Below, piece after piece: positions 9,267 through 17,100 of a stretch of 64,000 bases of DNA. Source of the DNA: an uncultured Erysipelotrichaceae bacterium (lineage in GTDB: Bacteria; Bacillota_I; Bacilli_A; Erysipelotrichales; Erysipelotrichaceae); assembly GCA_944326795.1 (NCBI GenBank), contig CALVFJ010000001.1:16795-80794 (forward strand), given 5' to 3'. A program made the position numbers and the translations under genes. The notes below the pieces were generated by a model, which was not told where the DNA came from, ran no database searches, and saw only the letters and a list, made by a program, of their open reading frames with translations. Every line of letters starts with the position of its first letter. Position 1 is the first letter of the stretch.

Positions 9267-9632
9267 CTATAATTGATTGTTGAGATCGATGATCAGCATT
9301 TCATCATGCTGGTCATAATCACAAGAAAATTTTTGCCCATTACATTCTTGACCAAGCAACAGGCTGATCTCGTTGATAACTGATTTATTGCTGATACGGG
9401 CATATCCTTTACCAATGAAAACTTTATGCAAATTTTCTAAAGGATAAATGTTTGAATCGATTTGTTGCTTATTTATTGGCTTGATAGCTACTTTTTTATT
9501 TGTTTTATCGATACCGATCATGCACCATTTGCTTTCTTTAAAGTATTGCATGGCGCAATTATTCAAAGTGAAGTTATTATTATAGATCGTAACGATCTGT
9601 GAGAATGCATTGCCTTTTGACCATTCAAACAT
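9267..9632 (-). CDS. Hypothetical protein (first gene of the NfeD-SPFH operon)
   Basis: 121-aa ORF, 12 nt upstream of nfeD on the same strand. No family recognised. The sequence loosely suggests two AbrB/SpoVT-like halves, which is speculative. Confidence 0.45.
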   Translation of the reverse strand: MFEWSKGNAFSQIVTIYNNNFTLNNCAMQYFKESKWCMIGIDKTNKKVAIKPINKQQIDSNIYPLENLHKVFIGKGYARISNKSVINEISLLLGQECNGQKFSCDYDQHDEMLIIDLNNQL

Positions 9633-9762
9633 GCTACACTTCCTTTCTTGATGATATTTTAACTAATTTTACAGAAATTTACAATATTTATTTTTCTTAT
9701 TTTTTATATCGTTTAAAATAATTATTAGTTATAGTACAATAAACTAGATAAAGGGAGACATT

Positions 9763-10506
9763 ATGGCACATATTGTAATAAATAATATCGATATATGTTA
9801 CAAACTTTGCGGTGAAGGTCAAGCGGTCGTTTTGCTGCATGGTTGGGGACAGAAGATGATCATGATGGATTTCATCCAAGAACATCTGGCAAAGCGCTTT
9901 AAGGTACTTAATATCGATCTGCCAGGTCATGGGGAAAGTCAGGATCCAGATCGCGCCTATAGCGTAGAGGATTATTGTCAATTGTTAAAACAAATGCTTG
10001 ATGCTTTATCAATTACTGATCCGATCTTGATTGGTCATTCCTTCGGGTGTAGGATAGCTTTTCATTATGCTGCACAATATCCAACCAATAAGATGGTCAT
10101 GTGTGGAGCTGCTGGTTTATTGCCAAAAAGAGGATGGGAATATCAACTTAAGACCAAAAGCTTTAAATTAGCTAAAAAGATCGTAAGCTTAAGTGGAGAA
10201 AAGAATCTTGAGAAATTTAAGCAGCACTATGGTTCTGCTGATTATAAAAATGTGTCTGGGGTAATGCGAGAGACCTTTGTTAAGGTCGTCAATGATGATG
10301 TCAAACCTTTGCTAGCAAAGATCAAATGCCCGGTCATCTTGATCTTTGGAGAAAATGATGATGCTACACCGCTGTGGATGGGCAAAGAGCTGGAAAGCAA
10401 TTTGGCAGATGGAGCTTTGATCGTTTTTGAAAATGATGATCATTATGCTTATTTTCATCAGCCGCAGCGTTTATTGGCTATCGTAGATAGCTTTTTGGGG
10501 GATTAA
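9763..10506 (+). CDS. Alpha/beta-fold hydrolase
   Basis: HGWG oxyanion motif, nucleophile elbow GHSFGC, and a C-terminal D...H (ENDDHYAYFHQP). Confidence 0.8.
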   Translation: MAHIVINNIDICYKLCGEGQAVVLLHGWGQKMIMMDFIQEHLAKRFKVLNIDLPGHGESQDPDRAYSVEDYCQLLKQMLDALSITDPILIGHSFGCRIAFHYAAQYPTNKMVMCGAAGLLPKRGWEYQLKTKSFKLAKKIVSLSGEKNLEKFKQHYGSADYKNVSGVMRETFVKVVNDDVKPLLAKIKCPVILIFGENDDATPLWMGKELESNLADGALIVFENDDHYAYFHQPQRLLAIVDSFLGD

Positions 10507-10507
10507 T

Positions 10508-12076
10508 ATGTTATTAAAGTTAATATTTTTATTGCTGATCATATTGATGATGCTGATACCTACCAAACATGCCTTGCATATGTTTCAGCAAAATCGTTAT
10601 GAATTACGAAGATATGGCAAGTGGCTTAATGATAATGTTGGCAAGAATGTTTTGTTGGGCTTGATTATTGCTTTGGTGCTTGTGATCATCTATTATATGG
10701 TATTACGTAGTATTGTGCCGTATTTAAGCTATTTTATAATTGCTGCCATAACGGTATATGACTATTTGAAGGAAAAAAAGAAGAGCTATATCAAGCCTTT
10801 GGTTTATACCGCTAGGGTAAAAAGACAGATCGTGGTCATTGTCTTGCTTGATTTACTTATTTTGGGCAGTGTCATATGGTTTACAGCGATCGAAGATCTA
10901 ATGGGCTTGGTCGTTATCGCTTATGTTATGAATTGGCTGATGATCTACCCGATGGGAATCATTACCATGCCGCTAGAAAAAGGCGTTCAGTTGTATTTTA
11001 TCAATGATGCGAAAAAGATCTTGCGTAAACATGATGATTTGATCAAGATCGGGATTACCGGTAGCTATGGTAAGACATCTAGCAAGAATATCGTTCAAGC
11101 GATCATCTCTGATCGTTATCGCTCATTGATGACCCCTGCTTCTTTTAATACGCCTATGGGCATAACGATTACCATCAGAGAACATTTAAAACCTACCGAT
11201 CAGGTCTTCGTGTGTGAAATGGGAGCAGACAAAGTAAATGATATTAGTTATCTGTGTAAATTTGTCAAGCCACAGATCGGACTAGTAACATCGATCGGTC
11301 CGCAGCATTTACAAACTTTTAAGACCTTGGATAATATCATCAAAGAGAAGATGCAGATGATCGAATGTTTGCCAAAAGATGGCTTGGGCATCATTAATGT
11401 TGATAATGAACATATTAGAAATTATCAGGTTAAGAATAGTTGTAAGTTAGTGACTTATGGCATCTATCATGATGCTGATTACCAAGCGGTAGATATTCAA
11501 TATGGTCCTGATGGCAGCAGCTTTAATGTTTTATTTGAAAATGAGAAGCATGCCTTCAAGACTAAATTATTAGGTGAGCATAACATCATGAATATCTTGG
11601 CATCTATCGCTATTGCCCGTCATCTTGGAATCGGTTGGCAGGAATTGATGAAAAGCGTGCGGCAGGTTGATTATGTTGAGCATCGCTTGCAGGTTAAAAA
11701 GATCAATGGTTATACTTTCATCGATAATGCCTTTAATTCAAACCCAGAAGGAGCGGCGATGTCGTTGAAGGTCATGAGCATGATGCCTAACAAGCGTTTT
11801 ATCGTAACACCGGGGCTGATCGATCTGGGCCCCCAGCAATATGCGATGAACTATGATCTGGGCAAGAAGATGCTAGGTATGGTTGATGTGGTGATCTTGG
11901 TTGGTCCAAGTCAAACCTTGCCGATCTTTAATGGTTTGCAGGATAGTGGATTTGATATGGAAAATGTTTATGTCGTGCAAAACGTAAAAGAAGCCTTTAG
12001 CAAGGTTTATGCCATGGCTTCTTTACAAGATGTCATCTTGTTGGAAAATGATCTTCCAGATGCTTTTAATAAGTAA
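10508..12076 (+). CDS. murF: Mur-ligase family protein, MurF-like (UDP-MurNAc-tripeptide--D-Ala-D-Ala ligase) with an N-terminal multi-TM extension
   Basis: GITGSYGKTSSK P-loop, and GEHNIMNILASIAIARHLG and FIDNAFNSNPEGA blocks as in MurF. Residues 1 to ~165 are 4-5 hydrophobic helices instead of the soluble MurF N-domain. The gene symbol is tentative. Confidence 0.6.
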   Translation: MLLKLIFLLLIILMMLIPTKHALHMFQQNRYELRRYGKWLNDNVGKNVLLGLIIALVLVIIYYMVLRSIVPYLSYFIIAAITVYDYLKEKKKSYIKPLVYTARVKRQIVVIVLLDLLILGSVIWFTAIEDLMGLVVIAYVMNWLMIYPMGIITMPLEKGVQLYFINDAKKILRKHDDLIKIGITGSYGKTSSKNIVQAIISDRYRSLMTPASFNTPMGITITIREHLKPTDQVFVCEMGADKVNDISYLCKFVKPQIGLVTSIGPQHLQTFKTLDNIIKEKMQMIECLPKDGLGIINVDNEHIRNYQVKNSCKLVTYGIYHDADYQAVDIQYGPDGSSFNVLFENEKHAFKTKLLGEHNIMNILASIAIARHLGIGWQELMKSVRQVDYVEHRLQVKKINGYTFIDNAFNSNPEGAAMSLKVMSMMPNKRFIVTPGLIDLGPQQYAMNYDLGKKMLGMVDVVILVGPSQTLPIFNGLQDSGFDMENVYVVQNVKEAFSKVYAMASLQDVILLENDLPDAFNK

Positions 12077-12941
12077 AATTTAAACATTCATCGATAAATG
12101 CTTGTAAGTTCTTAGTTATATATTTTCGACGATGATGGATGATGTTCAATTGCCTTAAGATAGGTCGATCTAGAGGAATTTGCGCAACTTTGGCGCACTC
12201 TAGATCTTTTTTTATTAATTTATATGGTAAGATCGCAATGCCTAAGTCTTGTTCGATTGCTTTGATCAAAGCTTGGTTGCTAGAACTTTCCCATATCGGT
12301 TTGACATTTAGCTGCAAGGCAGCAAAATGGGAATCTATCAACTTACGGGTAACGCTATTTTTTTCTCTTGTCAGTAAAGTGTAGGCGGCAACTTGCGTCA
12401 AGGATACGCTAGGATATGCACAAAGCGGATGACCTTGGGGCACGATTACTTCCATTGGATCGTCTAAGAAAGGTTTGCAGATGATATCGTTAAGTTTTAT
12501 CTGCCCTTCGATCAAAGCTATATCTAAGGTATTATCTAAGATACCGTTGATGATGGCTGCGGTATTATCGACATTTACATAGGTGGATAGCTGAGGATAG
12601 CGAGAACGATAGCTGTTGATCAATGAAGGTAAAAGATGGGTGCCGATCGTGATGCTTGAACCGATGTGGATGGTGCCTATTTGATCCCATTGTTTGATGT
12701 TTGTTTCCATTTCACTGTAAAGGGAGATGATATGTAAGGCGTAGCTATATAGCTGTTTTCCACTTTCGGTGGGATAGATCTTTTTGCCAAGGCGATCAAA
12801 AAATTTAGTGCCATAATAGTTTTCTAGTTCTTTGATCGCTAAGCTGATCGAAGGCTGAGCAATGTGTAATTTTTGCGCTGCTTTGGTGATGCTTTGTAGT
12901 TGGTATACTTCGATAAAGATCGTTAGATGGCGAATGGTCAT
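12066..12941 (-). CDS. LysR-family transcriptional regulator
   Basis: MTIRHLTIFIEVYQLQSITKAAQKLHIAQPSISLAIKELE is a LysR HTH, followed by a substrate-binding domain. It is divergent from the chromate-transporter pair. Confidence 0.85.
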   Translation of the reverse strand: MTIRHLTIFIEVYQLQSITKAAQKLHIAQPSISLAIKELENYYGTKFFDRLGKKIYPTESGKQLYSYALHIISLYSEMETNIKQWDQIGTIHIGSSITIGTHLLPSLINSYRSRYPQLSTYVNVDNTAAIINGILDNTLDIALIEGQIKLNDIICKPFLDDPMEVIVPQGHPLCAYPSVSLTQVAAYTLLTREKNSVTRKLIDSHFAALQLNVKPIWESSSNQALIKAIEQDLGIAILPYKLIKKDLECAKVAQIPLDRPILRQLNIIHHRRKYITKNLQAFIDECLNFTY

Positions 12942-13040
12942 GATAAGCTCCTTATATAACAAAAATATTATATATAATATATATAAATACTATTATCATT
13001 ATATTATAAAATAAGCTAAAATAATAGCTGGAGGAAAGAT

Positions 13041-13598
13041 ATGGGGAAGAAAAAAGAGGTTTTGCTGAAATTATTTGTTTCGACATTATATTTAAGCGCT
13101 TTTACCTTTGGCGGCGGGTATGTCATCGTTAGCTTGATGAAGAAAAAGTTTGTCGATGAGCTGCATTGGATCGATAATGAAGAAATGTTAAATTTGGTTG
13201 CAATCGCTCAAAGCGCACCAGGAGCAATCGCGGTGAATGGTGCTATTGTTATTGGCTATCGCTTGGCAGGCTTTGTTGGTTCACTGGTTGCTATCGTTGC
13301 TACGGTATTGCCGCCTTTTGTGATCATTACGCTGATTTCCATGTGTTATGACATATTTATTCAAAATCAGATCGTTGCCTTGATGCTGCAAGGAATGCAG
13401 GTAGGGGTAGCAGCGGTCATTGCTGGGGTAGTTATCGATATGTCTAAACAGATCAAAGGATATTTTTCATGGACTATCATGATTTTGGCATTTATCGCTT
13501 CGTTTGTATTTGGCATTAATGTTGCTTATATTGTTATCGTTTGCATTATTATCGGTATCGTTCAGTCGTTCATGGGGGTAAAAGATGATTTATCTTAA
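13041..13598 (+). CDS. chrA: Chromate transporter (CHR family), short-chain half 1
   Basis: FTFGGGYV...AQSAPGAIAVN signature of CHR family monodomain proteins. Confidence 0.8.
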   Translation: MGKKKEVLLKLFVSTLYLSAFTFGGGYVIVSLMKKKFVDELHWIDNEEMLNLVAIAQSAPGAIAVNGAIVIGYRLAGFVGSLVAIVATVLPPFVIITLISMCYDIFIQNQIVALMLQGMQVGVAAVIAGVVIDMSKQIKGYFSWTIMILAFIASFVFGINVAYIVIVCIIIGIVQSFMGVKDDLS

Positions 13599-14124
13599 AT
13601 TATTATTAGCTTTTTTTCAGATTGGGCTATTTAGTTTTGGTGGTGGCTATGCATCGATTGCCTTGATCCAACAACAAGTGGTCGATGTTCATCAATGGCT
13701 TTCAATGAGCGAATTTACCGACTTGATCACGATTTCGCAGATGACCCCAGGGCCTATTGCGATAAATGGTGCAACTTTTGTTGGTACCAAAATTGCGGGA
13801 ATATTAGGGTCGGTAGTTGCAACGGTCGGATGTATCCTGCCATCATCGATCATCGTAGGTATCATCACGATCATTTATATGAAATATCATGATCTAAAAA
13901 GCGTACAAAGCGTTTTGCATAGTTTGCGTCCTGCTATCGTTGCAATGGTTGCATCTAGCGGTATTTCGATCTTATTAAGTGCGATCTATCCAGCTAATAA
14001 TATCAATATTAGCATGATCTTGATCTTCGTGATCGTTTTGCTTGTGCAGAAATTTAGCAAGCTAGGACCTATTGCAATCATGTTACTGGCAGGAATCATA
14101 AATTTAGTATTGCATTTATTTTAA
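13585..14124 (+). CDS. chrA: Chromate transporter (CHR family), short-chain half 2
   Basis: FSFGGGYASI...SQMTPGPIAIN. It overlaps half 1 by 14 nt, as in paired short CHR genes. Confidence 0.8.
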   Translation: MIYLKLLLAFFQIGLFSFGGGYASIALIQQQVVDVHQWLSMSEFTDLITISQMTPGPIAINGATFVGTKIAGILGSVVATVGCILPSSIIVGIITIIYMKYHDLKSVQSVLHSLRPAIVAMVASSGISILLSAIYPANNINISMILIFVIVLLVQKFSKLGPIAIMLLAGIINLVLHLF

Positions 14125-14200
14125 ATATCGTGTAAAATATAAAAGCTTTTGATAAGAGCTTATATAAAAAATAAGTGAGAAAAAAAGTTCAAAAAGAATA

Positions 14201-14229
14201 TTGACACTAATGCTTGCTTATGATATATT
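14201..14229 (+). promoter_or_regulatory. Strong sigma-A-type promoter of the tRNA cluster
   Basis: TTGACA (14201-14206), 17 bp, TGaTATATT extended -10 (14221-14229). The first tRNA starts 34 nt downstream. Confidence 0.6.
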
Positions 14230-14262
14230 ATATAGGCGCTAGTTAATAGCGACACGATAGTT

Positions 14263-14338
14263 GGAGGTTTAGCTCAGTTGGGAGAGCATCTGCCTTACAA
14301 GCAGAGGGTCAGCGGTTCGAGCCCGTTAACCTCCACCA
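14263..14338 (+). tRNA. tRNA-Val (anticodon TAC)
   Basis: Acceptor GGAGGTT/AACCTCC, D-arm GCTCAGTTGGGAGAGC, anticodon loop CTTACAA, T-loop GGTTCGAGC, encoded CCA. Confidence 0.9.
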
Positions 14339-14352
14339 TTTTTTTTCTAAAT

Positions 14353-14428
14353 GCCGACTTAGCTCAATTGGCAGAGCAATTGATTTGTAATCAATAGGTT
14401 GTAGGTTCGATTCCTATAGTCGGCACCA
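14353..14428 (+). tRNA. tRNA-Thr (anticodon TGT)
   Basis: Acceptor GCCGACT/AGTCGGC, anticodon stem ATTGA/TCAAT with loop TTTGTAA, T-loop GGTTCGATTCC, encoded CCA. Confidence 0.9.
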
Positions 14429-14434
14429 TGATTT

Positions 14435-14519
14435 GGAGAAGTAGCGAAGTGGCTAAACGCGTCTGACTGTAAATCAGATCCCTATGGGTTCGGTGGTTCG
14501 AAACCGCCCTTCTCCACCA
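14435..14519 (+). tRNA. tRNA-Tyr (anticodon GTA), long variable arm
   Basis: Acceptor GGAGAAG/CTTCTCC, anticodon stem TCTGA/TCAGA with loop CTGTAAA, extended variable arm, T-loop GGTTCGAAACC, CCA. Confidence 0.9.
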
Positions 14520-14528
14520 TCTTCTGAT

Positions 14529-14604
14529 TGGGGCATAGCCAAGCGGTAAGGCAACAGACTTTGACTCTGTCATTTCCCTGGTTCAAATCCAGGTGCCCCA
14601 GCCA
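14529..14604 (+). tRNA. tRNA-Gln (anticodon TTG)
   Basis: Acceptor TGGGGCA/TGCCCCA, anticodon stem ACAGA/TCTGT with loop CTTTGAC, T-loop GGTTCAAATCC, CCA. Confidence 0.9.
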
Positions 14605-14615
14605 ATTAATTTTGC

Positions 14616-14691
14616 GTCCCGGTAGCTCAGGTGGTAGAGCAACTGACTTTTAATCAGTGGGTCGGAGGTTCGATTCCTCTCCGGGACACCA
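14616..14691 (+). tRNA. tRNA-Lys (anticodon TTT)
   Basis: Acceptor GTCCCGG/CCGGGAC, anticodon stem ACTGA/TCAGT with loop CTTTTAA, T-loop GGTTCGATTCC, CCA. Confidence 0.9.
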
Positions 14692-14697
14692 TCTTAT

Positions 14698-14771
14698 GCG
14701 GATGTAGTTCAATGGTAGAACTTCAGCCTTCCAAGCTGACTACGTGGGTTCGATTCCCATCATCCGCTCCA
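14698..14771 (+). tRNA. tRNA-Gly (anticodon TCC)
   Basis: Acceptor GCGGATG/CATCCGC, anticodon stem TCAGC/GCTGA with loop CTTCCAA, T-loop GGTTCGATTCC, CCA. Confidence 0.9.
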
Positions 14772-14783
14772 TTTTATTTTTAT

Positions 14784-14813
14784 CGCTTTTACTTTAGTAA
14801 AGGCGTTTTTTTT
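14784..14813 (+). terminator. Terminator of the tRNA cluster
   Basis: CGCTTTTACT / AGTAAAGGCG stem (one mismatch) followed by T8. Confidence 0.55.
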
Positions 14814-14900
14814 ATGAAAACAATTATTATGACAAATTATTTACTAATAATATTAAATAGTTTATCTATGATAGAAATAATTTATCATGCACAATGGAAG

Positions 14901-14924
14901 AAAAAAAGTAGCCTTTTGGCTACT
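14901..14924 (-). terminator. Candidate terminator of the kinase-less kdpD-like gene
   Basis: AGTAGCC-TTTT-GGCTACT hairpin. On the minus strand it is followed by T7. It lies ~80 nt past the stop at 15004. Confidence 0.4.
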
Positions 14925-15003
14925 GCTAAGATTTAATCAATAAAAGCTTGGACATTGATATGTTTTCATCCTCGAAAGATATCCAGCTATTTTTTTTATA
15001 GGA

Positions 15004-16968
15004 TCAGGTATCTTCGCCTTCAACATTGGATTGCCAGTTCATTTTTATGATCGTTTCATTATGAAGTTCTTGTTGTTTCATTGCATCTAAAGCCAACGCA
15101 ATTTCATTGAGCATAGCTTTTAATAAACTTTTTTCATATTGTGGTAATTCTTCTTTTTGAGCAAGAGCGATGCCAATGACAGCAAAGATCGTTTCTTTTT
15201 TTCTGATTGCTAAGTATAGAGCTTTGGCATTTGGAAGGGTGCTTGTTGAAGCTCCTGCATTTTTATTATTTTCTAATACCCATTGAGCAACGATTTTTTC
15301 ATTTTTTGATAGATAGACATTATTATCAAATGAATTTGCGGCATTTTCTGTGTATATAGTGGGATCTTGCAATTCATCGTTTTTGACAGGATATAGAATT
15401 ATCGTTCTTTTAAGCATTTTATATAGTTGAAAGCAGCATTCATTTATGATCTCATCATATGTGTTGCATAATTGTAATTTTTGGCTTGTTTCCAACAATA
15501 CATCCATGCTGTGTGCATGCAAGCTTGCTAAGATATTTTCTTTTTTTAATTGTCTTGTCAGCGCTGAAATGGAATAAGAAACGGTTATCATGCAGATAAA
15601 TATGATGGTATATTGTGAAGAGTGGATATTAAAGGAAAATCTAGGCTCTACAAACAGGAAGTTTATTGCCAAGATACTATATATTGCTGCTAATATGCTA
15701 TAAATAGGACATATCGTTTTCAAGCCAATAACACAAGCAGCCAAGATAAATACTAAAATAGTATTGGTCGTAATAGGATTGATTTGATATAACAATAAAC
15801 ATAAAAGCGTGGTGATCATTAAGATGATAGCAGTTATAAATGTTTCTTTAGGATCTGTTTGCAGATAATTATTAATGTTCAAAGATTGTTTTTGATGCTC
15901 GGTTCTTGTATCGGGAATGATATATATCTCTAAATCTGGAGCAATGCTGCTTAACCTATCAACAATGGTTGTTTTTTTTAAAAGTGAAGGTTTTTGATAA
16001 GAACGGCCTATGACCAATTTTGAAACACTGCTTGTTTTGGCATATTGAGATATTTGATATGGAATATCATTTCCATACGTAGAAACGATATCAGCGCCTA
16101 GATGCTTTGCTAAGCGTAAATTAGCTTGGAGCTGCAGTAGAGTTTTTTGAGGTAAGCTAGACTGGGCTTTCGTTTCTACGAACAAAGCAGTAAATTCAGC
16201 GTGAAAAGCTTGAGCCATACGGTAAGCTGTTCTAATTACTTTTTCATTGGTTGGTGAAGTTCCTAAGCAAACTAATATATGTTCCTTGGTAAAAGCTTTT
16301 TTCTTGGCATCAGCAATCAAATTGATCCTTTCAGCGCAACGACGTAGGGCAATTGATCGTAAAGCAATTAGATTATCTGTGTTAAAAAAATTCTCTAGGG
16401 CTGTTTTGATCTTATTTTTTGAATAAATTTTTCCATCTTTCAATCTATTGATTAGGTCGTCGATTTCGATATCAATTAATTGTATTTCATCTGCATTATC
16501 AAAAATATGATCGGGAATCCTTTCGTTTACTTTGACTCTGGTAATGCTTTCGACGATATCATGAAGACTTTCTAGATGCTGAACATTTAGGGTCGTGTAT
16601 ACATCAATACCAGCTCTTAAAAGTTCTTCGACATCGGAGTATCTTTTTTTATGCCTTGATCCTGGAACGTTGCTATGCGCTAATTCATCAACAAGAATTA
16701 ACTGGGGATGTCTAGCTAATGCTGCATCTATATCAAATTCAGTTAAGACATGATTTCGATATTTGATTGATTTAGTAGGTATTTGTTCAAGACCTACTAC
16801 CAGATCCATTGTTTCTTTACGATCATGAGGTTCGATGTACCCGATAACAACATCAACATTTTCTACATATTTTTGATGGGCGTGATTAAGCATGGTATAG
16901 GTTTTACCTACGCCCGCACAATAACCAAAGAAGATCGTTAATTTTCCTTTTTTCTTAGTGTTTTCCAT
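15004..16968 (-). CDS. KdpD-family sensor protein lacking the histidine-kinase module (KdpD N-domain + USP + 4 TM + GAF-like)
   Basis: The N-terminus GKLTIFFGYCAGVGKTYTML is the KdpD P-loop domain. It is followed by a USP-like region, four hydrophobic helices and a GAF-like C-terminus. The ORF stops exactly where the neighbouring paralogues begin their H-box. No HisKA or HATPase motifs. Confidence 0.85.
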   Translation of the reverse strand: MENTKKKGKLTIFFGYCAGVGKTYTMLNHAHQKYVENVDVVIGYIEPHDRKETMDLVVGLEQIPTKSIKYRNHVLTEFDIDAALARHPQLILVDELAHSNVPGSRHKKRYSDVEELLRAGIDVYTTLNVQHLESLHDIVESITRVKVNERIPDHIFDNADEIQLIDIEIDDLINRLKDGKIYSKNKIKTALENFFNTDNLIALRSIALRRCAERINLIADAKKKAFTKEHILVCLGTSPTNEKVIRTAYRMAQAFHAEFTALFVETKAQSSLPQKTLLQLQANLRLAKHLGADIVSTYGNDIPYQISQYAKTSSVSKLVIGRSYQKPSLLKKTTIVDRLSSIAPDLEIYIIPDTRTEHQKQSLNINNYLQTDPKETFITAIILMITTLLCLLLYQINPITTNTILVFILAACVIGLKTICPIYSILAAIYSILAINFLFVEPRFSFNIHSSQYTIIFICMITVSYSISALTRQLKKENILASLHAHSMDVLLETSQKLQLCNTYDEIINECCFQLYKMLKRTIILYPVKNDELQDPTIYTENAANSFDNNVYLSKNEKIVAQWVLENNKNAGASTSTLPNAKALYLAIRKKETIFAVIGIALAQKEELPQYEKSLLKAMLNEIALALDAMKQQELHNETIIKMNWQSNVEGEDT

Positions 16969-17100
16969 ATGCATATCCTTTTCTGTTTAAATTTTACTAC
17001 AATATTATATGGCTGTGTTTATCCTGGCTATTTTTTAATATAATTTTAATATTATTATCCTTATATGCGATAATATAATATACATGGCAGGATAGGACAG

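Noticed and set aside
9697-9981. 94-aa minus-strand ORF overlapping the start of the alpha/beta hydrolase
   Set aside because: It is antisense to a gene with clear catalytic motifs. It extends through an AT-rich promoter region and has no RBS.
14631-14936. 101-aa ORF in the track covering the tRNA-Lys/tRNA-Gly region and the downstream spacer
   Set aside because: It is read straight through two tRNA genes and their terminator. There is no RBS and the sequence is junk-like. The nested 40-aa ORF from 14814 also lacks an RBS.
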